Positions 25,676-34,134 of a stretch of DNA of 64,000 nt are shown here, piece by piece. Within the stretch, counting starts at the first letter, position 1. Each line of letters begins with the position of its first letter. The stretch is from a bacterium (lineage in GTDB: Bacteria; Bacillota; Limnochordia; DTU080; RSA5): assembly GCA_002919195.1 (NCBI GenBank), contig PKEU01000149.1, positions 8,130 through 72,129 on the forward strand, written 5' to 3'. Both the position numbers and the translations under genes were made by a program. A model generated the notes under the pieces. It saw only the letters and a program-made list of their open reading frames with translations. It ran no database searches and was not told the DNA's origin.

Positions 25676-26914
25676 CTAGTAGAGCGGCGTGTTCGCGTCG
25701 TAAGATTCGAGACGCCTCTTGACACTGCGCAAAAACCGGCCGGCCACCGCGCCGTCCAGGATCCGGTGATCCAGGCTCATGCAGAGGTTCATCATGCTGC
25801 GGATCGCGATCGCGTCACCCACCACCACCGGGCGCTTGGTAATCGTCTCCATGCTGAGGATCGCCGCCTGGGGATAGTTGATGATCGGGGCGGAGAGGAT
25901 CGAGCCAAACGCGCCCGTGTTGTTGATAGTAAACGTGCCCTCCGAGACGTCATCGGGAGTGAGCTTGCCCGCCCGGGCGCGGGTCGCAAGATCTGCGATC
26001 GCCCGAGCGATGCCGACGATGCTCTTTTGATCGGCGTCTTTGATCACCGGAACAATGAGACCGTCCTCGAGGTCGACCGCGATCCCGATGTTGATCCGCC
26101 GCTTGATCACGATCCGATCCTCTTCCCAAGTGGAGTTGAGGATGGGATACTCGCGCAGCGCTTCGACCGCAGCTTTGACCACAAAGGCCAAGTAGGTGAG
26201 GTTAAACCCTTCCCGCCGGCGGAAATCCTCTTTAATCCGCTCCCTCCACGCCACCAACGACGTGACGTCCACCTCGACCATGGTCCACGCGTGGGGCACG
26301 GTGCGGGTACTGTGGAGCATTCGCTCGGCGATGGTCCGCCGCATACGGGTAATCGGGAGCACCTCATCGCCATCGGCCAAGGGTCGATGAGCCGCTGAAA
26401 GCGCAGCGGGCTGCGGAACCGCCTGCGTCTCCTCACGGGCCGCGATGGCCCGTTCCATATCTTTCTTGCTCACCCGGCCGCCGACGCCCGTCCCCACCAC
26501 GGTGGCCGGGTCGATTCCGGTTTCAGCCGCTAGGCGACGCACCGCCGGGGTATAGACGTGGGGCGAACGCGGCGCCCTTTGCCGGCGGTCCGCCAGCGCG
26601 GCCACGCCGGCGGCCCCATCATGAGTCCGTTGACTTGTATCGCCGCTTTCATCAGCGTCTTCAACGACCGTCTCACCTTCCAAGCGGATCAGGGCGATCG
26701 CCTGGCCGACCGCCACTCTTTCGCCTTCTTTGACCAAGAGGCGATGGACGATGCCTTTGGCCGGCGACGGCACTTCAGCGTTGACTTTGTCGGTATCCAC
26801 CTCGACCAAAGGCTCGTCCTCTTCGATGGGATCGCCCTCCGCCTTGAGCCACTTGCCGATGACCCCTTCGACGACGCTCTCGCCGAGCTTGGGCATCTTA
26901 ATCTCTACGGGCAT
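25676..26914 (-). CDS. 2-oxoacid dehydrogenase E2 component (dihydrolipoamide acyltransferase)
   Basis: N-terminal lipoyl domain (EVDTDKVNAEVPSPAKG), peripheral subunit-binding domain, C-terminal catalytic domain with SLDHRILDG. Confidence 0.85.
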   Translation of the reverse strand: MPVEIKMPKLGESVVEGVIGKWLKAEGDPIEEDEPLVEVDTDKVNAEVPSPAKGIVHRLLVKEGERVAVGQAIALIRLEGETVVEDADESGDTSQRTHDGAAGVAALADRRQRAPRSPHVYTPAVRRLAAETGIDPATVVGTGVGGRVSKKDMERAIAAREETQAVPQPAALSAAHRPLADGDEVLPITRMRRTIAERMLHSTRTVPHAWTMVEVDVTSLVAWRERIKEDFRRREGFNLTYLAFVVKAAVEALREYPILNSTWEEDRIVIKRRINIGIAVDLEDGLIVPVIKDADQKSIVGIARAIADLATRARAGKLTPDDVSEGTFTINNTGAFGSILSAPIINYPQAAILSMETITKRPVVVGDAIAIRSMMNLCMSLDHRILDGAVAGRFLRSVKRRLESYDANTPLY

Positions 26915-26949
26915 AACGCTCCGCTCCTGTCCTTTACCAAGAAATGCGC

Positions 26950-27936
26950 CTAGTAGCGGGCGAGCTCACGGATCGCCTCTTTGATTTGCTGCTTGCTGGG
27001 CAGCATCGCCCTTTCCAGCGCCGGGTGATACGGCGTCGCCGGAATGTCCGGCGCCGCGATCCGGCGTATGGGCGCATCGAGGTACATCAACGCGTGCTCG
27101 GCGACGGTGGCGGCCACTTCGGCGCCCACGCCGCCCGTCAGGTTGTCCTCGTGCGCGATCAAGAGCTTGCCGGTCTTTTTCACCGACTCGATGATCGTCT
27201 CGCGGTCCAACGGCAGGAGGGTCCTGAGGTCGATGAGCTCGACTTCGATACCCTCCTCCTGAGCGAGGGCGTCGGCAGCCTCCCAAGCGTAATGCATGGT
27301 CATGCCGTAGCTCACGACGGTCACGTCGGTTCCGGCTCGCTTGATGTCGGCGCCGCCGATGGGGATGATGTAATCCCCCTCGGGATACTCTCCTTTGATC
27401 GTCCGGTACGACGCCTTATGTTCCAAAAAGATCACGGGATCGGGGTCGGCGATGGCGGCTCGCAAAAGCCCTTTGACGTCGGCGGGCGTCGTCGGCGCGA
27501 CGATCTTAAGGCCCGGCGTGCTGAAAAAGAGCGCCTCGACACTTTGAGAGTGATACAAACCGCCTGTGATGCCGCCGCCGTAGGGAACCCGGATGACGAT
27601 AGGACAGCCGAAGTCGTTGTTGGAACGGTAGCGGAGTTTGGCCGCCTCGTTGATGATCTGATCCACGGCGGGGTGAATGAAGTCGGCAAACTGGATCTCC
27701 GCGATGGGAAGCAACCCGCCTACAGCCGCGCCGATGGCGATCCCGACAATGCTGGACTCGGCCAAGGGCGTATCGACGACCCGATCTTCCCCAAATTCAT
27801 CCAGGAGCCCCTGGGTTGCGTTAAAGACACCGCCGTGACGACCCACGTCTTCGCCCAGGATCATCACTCGGGGGTCGCGGCGCATCTCCTCAAACAGGGT
27901 GGCACGCACGGATTCCAGGATGTTTTTAACGGCCAA
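26950..27936 (-). CDS. 2-oxoacid dehydrogenase E1 component beta subunit
   Basis: Transketolase-like pyrimidine-binding and C-terminal domains. Start set at TTG 27934-27936 (LAVKNILESV...) with GAGGAAGGGAG SD; the track ORF extension upstream is R-rich antisense of E1alpha. Confidence 0.85.
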   Translation of the reverse strand: MAVKNILESVRATLFEEMRRDPRVMILGEDVGRHGGVFNATQGLLDEFGEDRVVDTPLAESSIVGIAIGAAVGGLLPIAEIQFADFIHPAVDQIINEAAKLRYRSNNDFGCPIVIRVPYGGGITGGLYHSQSVEALFFSTPGLKIVAPTTPADVKGLLRAAIADPDPVIFLEHKASYRTIKGEYPEGDYIIPIGGADIKRAGTDVTVVSYGMTMHYAWEAADALAQEEGIEVELIDLRTLLPLDRETIIESVKKTGKLLIAHEDNLTGGVGAEVAATVAEHALMYLDAPIRRIAAPDIPATPYHPALERAMLPSKQQIKEAIRELARY

Positions 27937-28984
27937 CGCCGTCGCTCCCTTCCTCGGCGTAAACAAAGCGCCCGACAGTCGCCGGATCGGGATCAGGCTG
28001 CGCTTCGGCCCACGCCGCCGCCTCCCTGACCTCCGCCTCCACCTCCGCTCGCAAGCGGGCGTCCTTCTCGTCGTCGAGCAGTCCCACTCCCTTGAGGTAC
28101 ACGGCCATGCGACGGATGGGATCCTTTTGCTTCCACATTTCCACCTCATCGCGGGAGCGGTAGCGCCGGTCGTCGTCGTTGCTGGTGTGCGGTACAATGC
28201 GGTAAGTCCTGGCCTCGATCAACGTAGGACCTTCCCCCGCCAGTGCCCGCTCGACGGCCTCCCGCGTCGCTTGATACACCTCAAAGACGTCGTTGCCGTC
28301 GACGCTCACACCCGGCATCCCGTAGGCTGCGGCCCGGTCAGACACCCGCTCGACGGGAGACTGTTTGGAGAACGGAACCGAGATCGCGTAGTAATTGTTC
28401 TCACAAAAAAAGATCACCGGCAATTTGTGAATCCCTGCGAAGTTGAGCCCTTCGTGAAAATCGCCCTTGCTTGCGACGCCGTCTCCAAAGGAGACCCAGA
28501 CGACCCCAGGCTCCTTGTTGACGCGCATCGCCCATGCCAGACCGCAAGCGTGGGGCAACTGCGTGGCTACAGGGCTGGACTGGCTCATGATCTTGAGGCG
28601 ACGGCATCCCCAGTGCTTGGGCATCTGCCTGCCACCGCTGTTGGGGTCGGCGGCCTTGCCAAATTCCGCAAGCATGATCTCCCGGACGGTCATTCCCAGC
28701 ATCAGCACGACTCCGATGTCGCGGTAGTAGGGCAGCACCCAATCGCGGCCTGGGGTCAGGCACTTGGCCGCGCCCACCTGAGCCGCCTCATGACCGTGCC
28801 CGGTGACAGTGAAGGGGATCTTTCCCTGAGTAAACAAAATCGAGGCGCGATCGTCGAAAGCCCGTGCCAGGAGCATCGTGCGATACATGTGCAACACATC
28901 GGCGTCGGTGAGGCCTAGGGGTGTGTGCCGGTCGACGCTCCCCGCCACGCTCTCTTCGATCGGCTCATTTCTCGTGCTCTTCAC
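27926..28984 (-). CDS. 2-oxoacid dehydrogenase E1 component alpha subunit (TPP-dependent)
   Basis: TPP-binding GDG...N motif region (SFGDGVASKGDFHEGLNFAG) and a phosphorylation-loop-like region; overlaps the E1beta start by 11 nt. Confidence 0.85.
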   Translation of the reverse strand: MKSTRNEPIEESVAGSVDRHTPLGLTDADVLHMYRTMLLARAFDDRASILFTQGKIPFTVTGHGHEAAQVGAAKCLTPGRDWVLPYYRDIGVVLMLGMTVREIMLAEFGKAADPNSGGRQMPKHWGCRRLKIMSQSSPVATQLPHACGLAWAMRVNKEPGVVWVSFGDGVASKGDFHEGLNFAGIHKLPVIFFCENNYYAISVPFSKQSPVERVSDRAAAYGMPGVSVDGNDVFEVYQATREAVERALAGEGPTLIEARTYRIVPHTSNDDDRRYRSRDEVEMWKQKDPIRRMAVYLKGVGLLDDEKDARLRAEVEAEVREAAAWAEAQPDPDPATVGRFVYAEEGSDGVGR

Positions 28985-29709
28985 TCGAGCACCTCCCAGT
29001 CGCTTTTACTTTTGCCAGAGAGCGGAAACTTCCTGCCAAAAGCGACTGGGCGCACCCGCACCGGCTCGTGCGCGCATGACGCGTCCTCTGGCCGGTTGAA
29101 GTTCCAAAAAATGCACGGCGCTGCCATTTCGTAAAGCGCCATCCTACCTTCTTGTTCCAACCGGCGGATGAGAGCGCGCAGGCCTTGATGCTCTTCCTGG
29201 AGCGATCCGAGATCCTCCCTTAAGCCGGCTGACAAAGCGATGGGATGACCTTTCCGTCCCCCGGCGCCGGGCAGCGTCACGGGTTTTCCCATGGTTTCAT
29301 GAGCGCCCATGAGCCCCTCGAGGACCTCGGCCCGGATGGGTTGGTCCACCGTAAGGAGCAAGAGGTCGGTCGCCTCCGCGGACAACGCGCTGACGCCCGA
29401 CCTGATAGAAGAGCTCTTTCCTTCGCGCCACTTGGAATTGACGACGATCTCAACCCGCGGTTCCGCTCCCCAAGGCGCGGCCGGTGGTTGACGTACGTGA
29501 CGCTGCAGCTCGGCAGCGATCTGTTGCGCCTGGGCTCCTAACACCACAACGACCCGGCGCGCCCGGGTCGCGAGAAGTTCCTTCACTTGATGGGCTACCA
29601 GCGGCTGCCCCTCCCAAGCCATAAGCGCCTTGTGAATACCCATGCGGGTCGAGGCGCCCGCCGCCAAGACGACGGCCTCCCAGCGCCGCAAGACCCCGCT
29701 ATCGCTCAC
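28981..29709 (-). CDS. MobA-like nucleotidyltransferase (molybdenum cofactor cytidylyl/guanylyltransferase, MocA-like)
   Basis: AVVLAAGASTRMG NTP-transferase P-loop-like motif. Start GTG 29709 with GGGAGAAG SD; 4-nt overlap (ATGA) with the E1alpha start. Confidence 0.7.
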   Translation of the reverse strand: MSDSGVLRRWEAVVLAAGASTRMGIHKALMAWEGQPLVAHQVKELLATRARRVVVVLGAQAQQIAAELQRHVRQPPAAPWGAEPRVEIVVNSKWREGKSSSIRSGVSALSAEATDLLLLTVDQPIRAEVLEGLMGAHETMGKPVTLPGAGGRKGHPIALSAGLREDLGSLQEEHQGLRALIRRLEQEGRMALYEMAAPCIFWNFNRPEDASCAHEPVRVRPVAFGRKFPLSGKSKSDWEVLE

Positions 29710-30046
29710 GGGGCTCTTCTCCCAGGCCCTTTGGTCCTTGGCCGACCGGCTCAATGAATACCTCCATCCGGCCGCCGCACACTTCTTGTTCATCGCCGAA
29801 AAACCCGCTCAAGTCGATGGTGATCAACTTGGCAGCGCCGGTATCCATCACATCCAAGGCGGCTTTGCGCACTTCCGCTTCCCCGCAGCCGCCGCCGATC
29901 GTGCCCGACAGCCGGCCGTCCCGGAAAATCAGCATCCGCGCCCCCGCCTCCCGGGGAGTCGAACCTCTCGCCGAGACGACGGTGGCCAGCGCAGCCTGGA
30001 CCGGCTGCTCCTCCAGCGCCAAGATTTCATCGAGCCAGCGGTGCAT
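29699..30046 (-). CDS. XdhC/CoxI N-terminal-domain-only protein
   Basis: 115 aa matching only the N-terminal XdhC_CoxI domain (ATVV...GSTPR..GA.M); there is no Rossmann C-domain. Confidence 0.55.
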   Translation of the reverse strand: MHRWLDEILALEEQPVQAALATVVSARGSTPREAGARMLIFRDGRLSGTIGGGCGEAEVRKAALDVMDTGAAKLITIDLSGFFGDEQEVCGGRMEVFIEPVGQGPKGLGEEPRER

Positions 30047-30845
30047 CGATGCTTTCCCCCTTTCCTGGGCGCCAACGCAAATGTCCTCCCGTGCCGCCCC
30101 GCATCACGCAGATGATCTCCGCCACGATGGCCAGCGCGATCTCCTCGGGCGTCTCCGCACCAATGTCCAAGCCGATGGGCGCATAAATTCGATCGAGAAA
30201 ATCTTGGGGCGCGCCTCGCTCCTTCAACTGCTCGAGCACGGTCAGCACCCGTCGCCGGCTGCCGATCATCCCCAGGTACCACGGCCGTACATGGAAAAGT
30301 GCGGCGAGCACCTCGAGGTCGTGCCGGTGTCCCCGGGTGATCACGACGACAGCGCAGTCATCGTCCACTCCTGCTTGGGCGAGGCCCGGGCCAAAATCGT
30401 CGCAGATCACCTGGGCCGCGTGGGGAAAGCGCTCGCGGTTTGCAAAGTCAGGCCGGTCATCGATCACGGTGACCGCAAAGCCCAGGCGGGCGGCAAACCA
30501 GTGGGTCGGCTGGGCGATGTGTCCTGCCCCTGCGATGATCAAGCGCGGCGCGGGCGCAAAAAACTCAAAGGCGACGCGAAAGCCGGGATCGTCGCCGGGA
30601 GACTGGATGACCACCCGCTGGCGCCCTTGCCCTGGCTTTGCCACGCATCTTTCCTTGGTCCATTCGCACCACTGGGACGGAAAGTCTGCGGTCCACCAAA
30701 ACGCGCCCGAATCCGCGACCCAAAGAGCCTTGGCGCCTACCTCAATGGCCCTTCTTGAGGCGATCACCGTCGCCATCACCGCCGGGCTGCCCCGCGCGAG
30801 GGCCGATTTGAGCTCGCGATAAATCTCGAGTTGCCGGGAGTGCAT
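30027..30845 (-). CDS. XdhC family molybdenum-hydroxylase accessory protein (full length)
   Basis: N-terminal XdhC_CoxI domain plus C-terminal Rossmann-like domain (LIIAGAGHIAQ, VIDDRP). Confidence 0.75.
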   Translation of the reverse strand: MHSRQLEIYRELKSALARGSPAVMATVIASRRAIEVGAKALWVADSGAFWWTADFPSQWCEWTKERCVAKPGQGRQRVVIQSPGDDPGFRVAFEFFAPAPRLIIAGAGHIAQPTHWFAARLGFAVTVIDDRPDFANRERFPHAAQVICDDFGPGLAQAGVDDDCAVVVITRGHRHDLEVLAALFHVRPWYLGMIGSRRRVLTVLEQLKERGAPQDFLDRIYAPIGLDIGAETPEEIALAIVAEIICVMRGGTGGHLRWRPGKGESIDAPLAR

Positions 30846-30972
30846 CGCGTGCCACCTTCACTTTGCCTCACAAAGGGGGTCCAATTTTGGGCGCGCCAGC
30901 GGGAGCACGAAAGCCCGCCCGGACCTACTCGTGCTCTCGCTGGCCTTGGGACAGAGCTTGTCTTATGCCGGA

Positions 30973-31254
30973 TCACCCGCCGGAGCCGAGCTCCTCCTCG
31001 AGAATCGCGGTGATCTCAGGAACCAGATCGCTCCAGGACGCCTCGTCCGTCTTGTTCACCGTGACGAAGTTGCCGAGCATAAACACGCTGGTCACCCCCG
31101 GCAACTCAAAGATGCGCTTGGCCAGGGGCGATTCGGCAGCGGCTTCTTTTGACGTGTACGACTTGCTTCCTTGCTCGATGACTTTCACGCTGAGGTTAAA
31201 CTTGAGCGCATTGGGATTTGGGGTCGGCTGGACGTCCACGCTTACTGCTGCCAT
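30973..31254 (-). CDS. Nfu/NifU N-terminal-domain protein
   Basis: 93 aa; VQPTPNPNALKF motif diagnostic of the Nfu_N scaffold domain. Confidence 0.7.
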   Translation of the reverse strand: MAAVSVDVQPTPNPNALKFNLSVKVIEQGSKSYTSKEAAAESPLAKRIFELPGVTSVFMLGNFVTVNKTDEASWSDLVPEITAILEEELGSGG

Positions 31255-31336
31255 GCTTTCACCTCCCCACGCACCTGGACTTCGTTTCCACGCCTTCCCT
31301 TCCTCTTTCGGCCGCGCCGGCTGGGGGTAGCATTCC

Positions 31337-32740
31337 CTAGCGCCTCACGGCGGAGTTTGCAAGAAACCGCCCCTGAGGCTCGGCAGCAAGCGAACCCTGC
31401 CACGATACCAGGCGGCCGCGCACCAGCGTCGCCACCGGGAGGCCCTTGCCCCTCCGGCCCCAAAAGGGCGTGTTCCGGCTTTTCCCTTTCCACCACGTCT
31501 CGTCGACGCGCCACTCGGCCTCTGGGTCAACGAGCGCCACATCGGCGTCCGCGCCGGGCAAGAGGGAGCCCTTTTGCGGGTACAGGCCATAGGCGCGGGC
31601 CGGATTGGCACTCGTCCAGCGCACCACGTCGGAGACCGTGCACGCGCCTTGTAGCGCCTGGTCGAGGAGAAGAGGGAGCATCGTCTGCACCCCGGCGATG
31701 CCAAAGGGCGGCTCCCACACCGCCTCGTGGGCCGAGCGCTCCCGGCGATGGGGCGCATGGTCGGTGGCCACAAGATCGATCGCGCCCTCGAGCAGGCCCT
31801 GCCACAACGCTTCCCGGTCGCCGGCCGAGCGGATCGGAGGCAGCGCCTTCATCGCCGGGCCGTGGACCGGATAATCTCCGTCGCTCAAAAGCAGGTATTG
31901 CGGGCACGTCTCCGCCGTCACCTGCGCTCCCCAGCGTTTGGCCTGCGCGATGGCCACCACCGCCTCTTTTAGCGCCACGTGGGCGATGTGCACCCGCGCG
32001 CCCGTCTCCAGGGCGAGCCGCAGGACACCGTCAGTGGCAAGGAGCTCGCCAAAGCGGGGCCTAAGCTGGAGCAGGCTTTGATAATCGGCAGGGTCCAGAC
32101 GCCTCCTGCGGGCTCGCGCCCTTTGAATCACGTCGCGGTCTTCACAGTGGAAGGTGAAGACGAGCCCGCTTTTTCCAAAGTGGCGGCAAAGCTCGTAAAG
32201 AGCGCCCCATCCGGGAGCCTGAATATCGCCCGTCGTGGGCCCGAGAAACACCTTGATCCCGCACGCTCCCAGGGCCGCCATCGCTTCGACCGCGGCGAGC
32301 AAGTCGTCCTCCCTCTCCGCGACCGCTGCGCCAAAGAGCCCGTAGTCGACGTAGGAGCGGCCAGCAACCGCCCGGATCTTTTCGCCCAACGCTCCAGGAT
32401 CCCCCACGGGCGGCAGCGTGTTGGGCATGTCGAGGACCGTGGTGACCCCGCCCAAGGCGGCCGCGGCAGAGCCGGTGAGGAAATCCTCACTCTCCACCAA
32501 ACCGGGATCGCGAAAGTGGACGTGAACGTCCACGGCTCCAGGAAGAAGCCATAGCCCTGTGGCGTCGATCACTCCGCCTTCTTCAAGGCGCGGCCCCTTT
32601 TCATCGCGAGCCCCAGTATCTTGAGACCCGCGCACTTCTAAAGCTTCGACCTTTCCCTCCGCGTCGAGCACCAAGTCTGCTTGGAGGGGTCCGTCCTCCG
32701 ACCAGACGGTGCCGCCTATGACCCGTGTGATTTGCTGCAT
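31337..32740 (-). CDS. pyrC: dihydroorotase (type I, cyclic amidohydrolase)
   Basis: VDVHVHFRDPG (HxH), carbamylated-Lys region, HCED, HIAHV, ATDHAPH. Close in pattern to Bacillus-type PyrC, with an N-terminal extension. Confidence 0.8.
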   Translation of the reverse strand: MQQITRVIGGTVWSEDGPLQADLVLDAEGKVEALEVRGSQDTGARDEKGPRLEEGGVIDATGLWLLPGAVDVHVHFRDPGLVESEDFLTGSAAAALGGVTTVLDMPNTLPPVGDPGALGEKIRAVAGRSYVDYGLFGAAVAEREDDLLAAVEAMAALGACGIKVFLGPTTGDIQAPGWGALYELCRHFGKSGLVFTFHCEDRDVIQRARARRRRLDPADYQSLLQLRPRFGELLATDGVLRLALETGARVHIAHVALKEAVVAIAQAKRWGAQVTAETCPQYLLLSDGDYPVHGPAMKALPPIRSAGDREALWQGLLEGAIDLVATDHAPHRRERSAHEAVWEPPFGIAGVQTMLPLLLDQALQGACTVSDVVRWTSANPARAYGLYPQKGSLLPGADADVALVDPEAEWRVDETWWKGKSRNTPFWGRRGKGLPVATLVRGRLVSWQGSLAAEPQGRFLANSAVRR

Positions 32741-32779
32741 CGCTTGACCGGCTCCCTTAAGGACGACTTGTCGCGCCCC

Positions 32780-34081
32780 TCAGGCCATGGTGTTGAGTTG
32801 CTGCTTGCTCCTCTGCTCGATCGCCTGGTGCCGGGCAGCCCGGGACGTCTCCCGCACCGGGTCGAGCTCCATTTTGCCGCCGGAGAGGAGCGCGGCGACA
32901 CCCTCTTGCTTGCCCATGGCCTCGCGGCAAAAGCTGCACTTTTCGGGATCGTGGGTGTCACCGTGATCGGGCTCGGGATAAGCCACGATCCTCCCCTCGT
33001 AGTTGCGCAACACGATGGCGTGAGGCGACTGCGACACGATGTAGTTGGGACCCACAGGCACTTTCCCGCCGCCGCCAGGAGTGTCGACCACAAAGGTCGG
33101 CACCGCATACCCCGAGACGTGCCCCCGCAGGTGTTCGATGATCTCGATTCCCTTGGAGACCGGCGTGCGGAAGTGCTCGATCCCCTCGGAAAGGTCGCAC
33201 TGGTAGATGTAGTACGGGCGGACGCGGGCCTTGACCAGCTTTTTCACCAGGGCTTTTTGAATGTGCGGGCAGTCGTTGACCCCCCGCAAGAGAACGGTCT
33301 GGTTGCCCAAGGGCACACCCGCGTCGGCGAGCCGCCCGCAGGCCGCTACCGCCTCCTCGGTGAGCTCATAGGGGTGGTTGAAATGGGTGTTAATCCAGAT
33401 AGGATGGTATTTCCTGATCATCTGGCAAAACTCGTCGGTGATCCGGAAGGGATTGGTGACCGGCACACGCGTGCCAAACCGGATCACTTCGACGTGATCG
33501 ATGGCCCGCAGCCCGGCGAGGATGTACTCCAGCCGCGAATCGCTCAAGGAGAGGGGATCTCCCCCCGAAATGAGGACGTCCCGGATCTCGGGCGTGCCCC
33601 GGATGTAGTCCAAAGCCCGGTCGATCGCCGGCGTGGGAATGCTCCCTTCCTTGGAACCGACGAGCCGCCGCCGGGTACAATGCCGGCAGTACATGGGGCA
33701 CATCTCCGTCACGATAAAGAGCACCCGGTCAGGGTAACGGTGCGTGATGTAGGGCACCGGCGAATCGACATCCTCGTGCAGCGGGTCGTGCATGTCGTGG
33801 TGGGAAATGAGCGCCTCGTCGTCAAGGGGCAGCCCCTGCCTGCGGATTGGGCAGTTGGGGTCATCCGGGTCCATCAGGCTGGCGTAATATGGGTTGATCC
33901 CGGCGGGAAAGCCGTGCGCCGCGTACCGCATCCCCTCCTCTTCCTCCGGCGTCAAGTTGATGACCTGACGCAGCTCGTCGAGGCTGCGGATGCGGTTGCG
34001 CATCTGCCACTTCCAGTCGGTCCACTGCTCTTCGGTCACGTCTTTCCACAACGGGATCTCCCGGTAGTGTCGTCGCCTCAC
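32780..34081 (-). CDS. kamA: lysine 2,3-aminomutase (radical SAM, KamA family)
   Basis: 433 aa; CPMYCRHCTRR radical-SAM cluster motif, PLP-binding region, C-terminal Cys cluster; length and pattern of KamA rather than the shorter EpmB. Confidence 0.85.
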   Translation of the reverse strand: MRRRHYREIPLWKDVTEEQWTDWKWQMRNRIRSLDELRQVINLTPEEEEGMRYAAHGFPAGINPYYASLMDPDDPNCPIRRQGLPLDDEALISHHDMHDPLHEDVDSPVPYITHRYPDRVLFIVTEMCPMYCRHCTRRRLVGSKEGSIPTPAIDRALDYIRGTPEIRDVLISGGDPLSLSDSRLEYILAGLRAIDHVEVIRFGTRVPVTNPFRITDEFCQMIRKYHPIWINTHFNHPYELTEEAVAACGRLADAGVPLGNQTVLLRGVNDCPHIQKALVKKLVKARVRPYYIYQCDLSEGIEHFRTPVSKGIEIIEHLRGHVSGYAVPTFVVDTPGGGGKVPVGPNYIVSQSPHAIVLRNYEGRIVAYPEPDHGDTHDPEKCSFCREAMGKQEGVAALLSGGKMELDPVRETSRAARHQAIEQRSKQQLNTMA

Positions 34082-34134
34082 TTGAGCATCAGCTCCTTAA
34101 AGAGCATGTAGTGAAAAAACGGCTCCGCGCCTTG

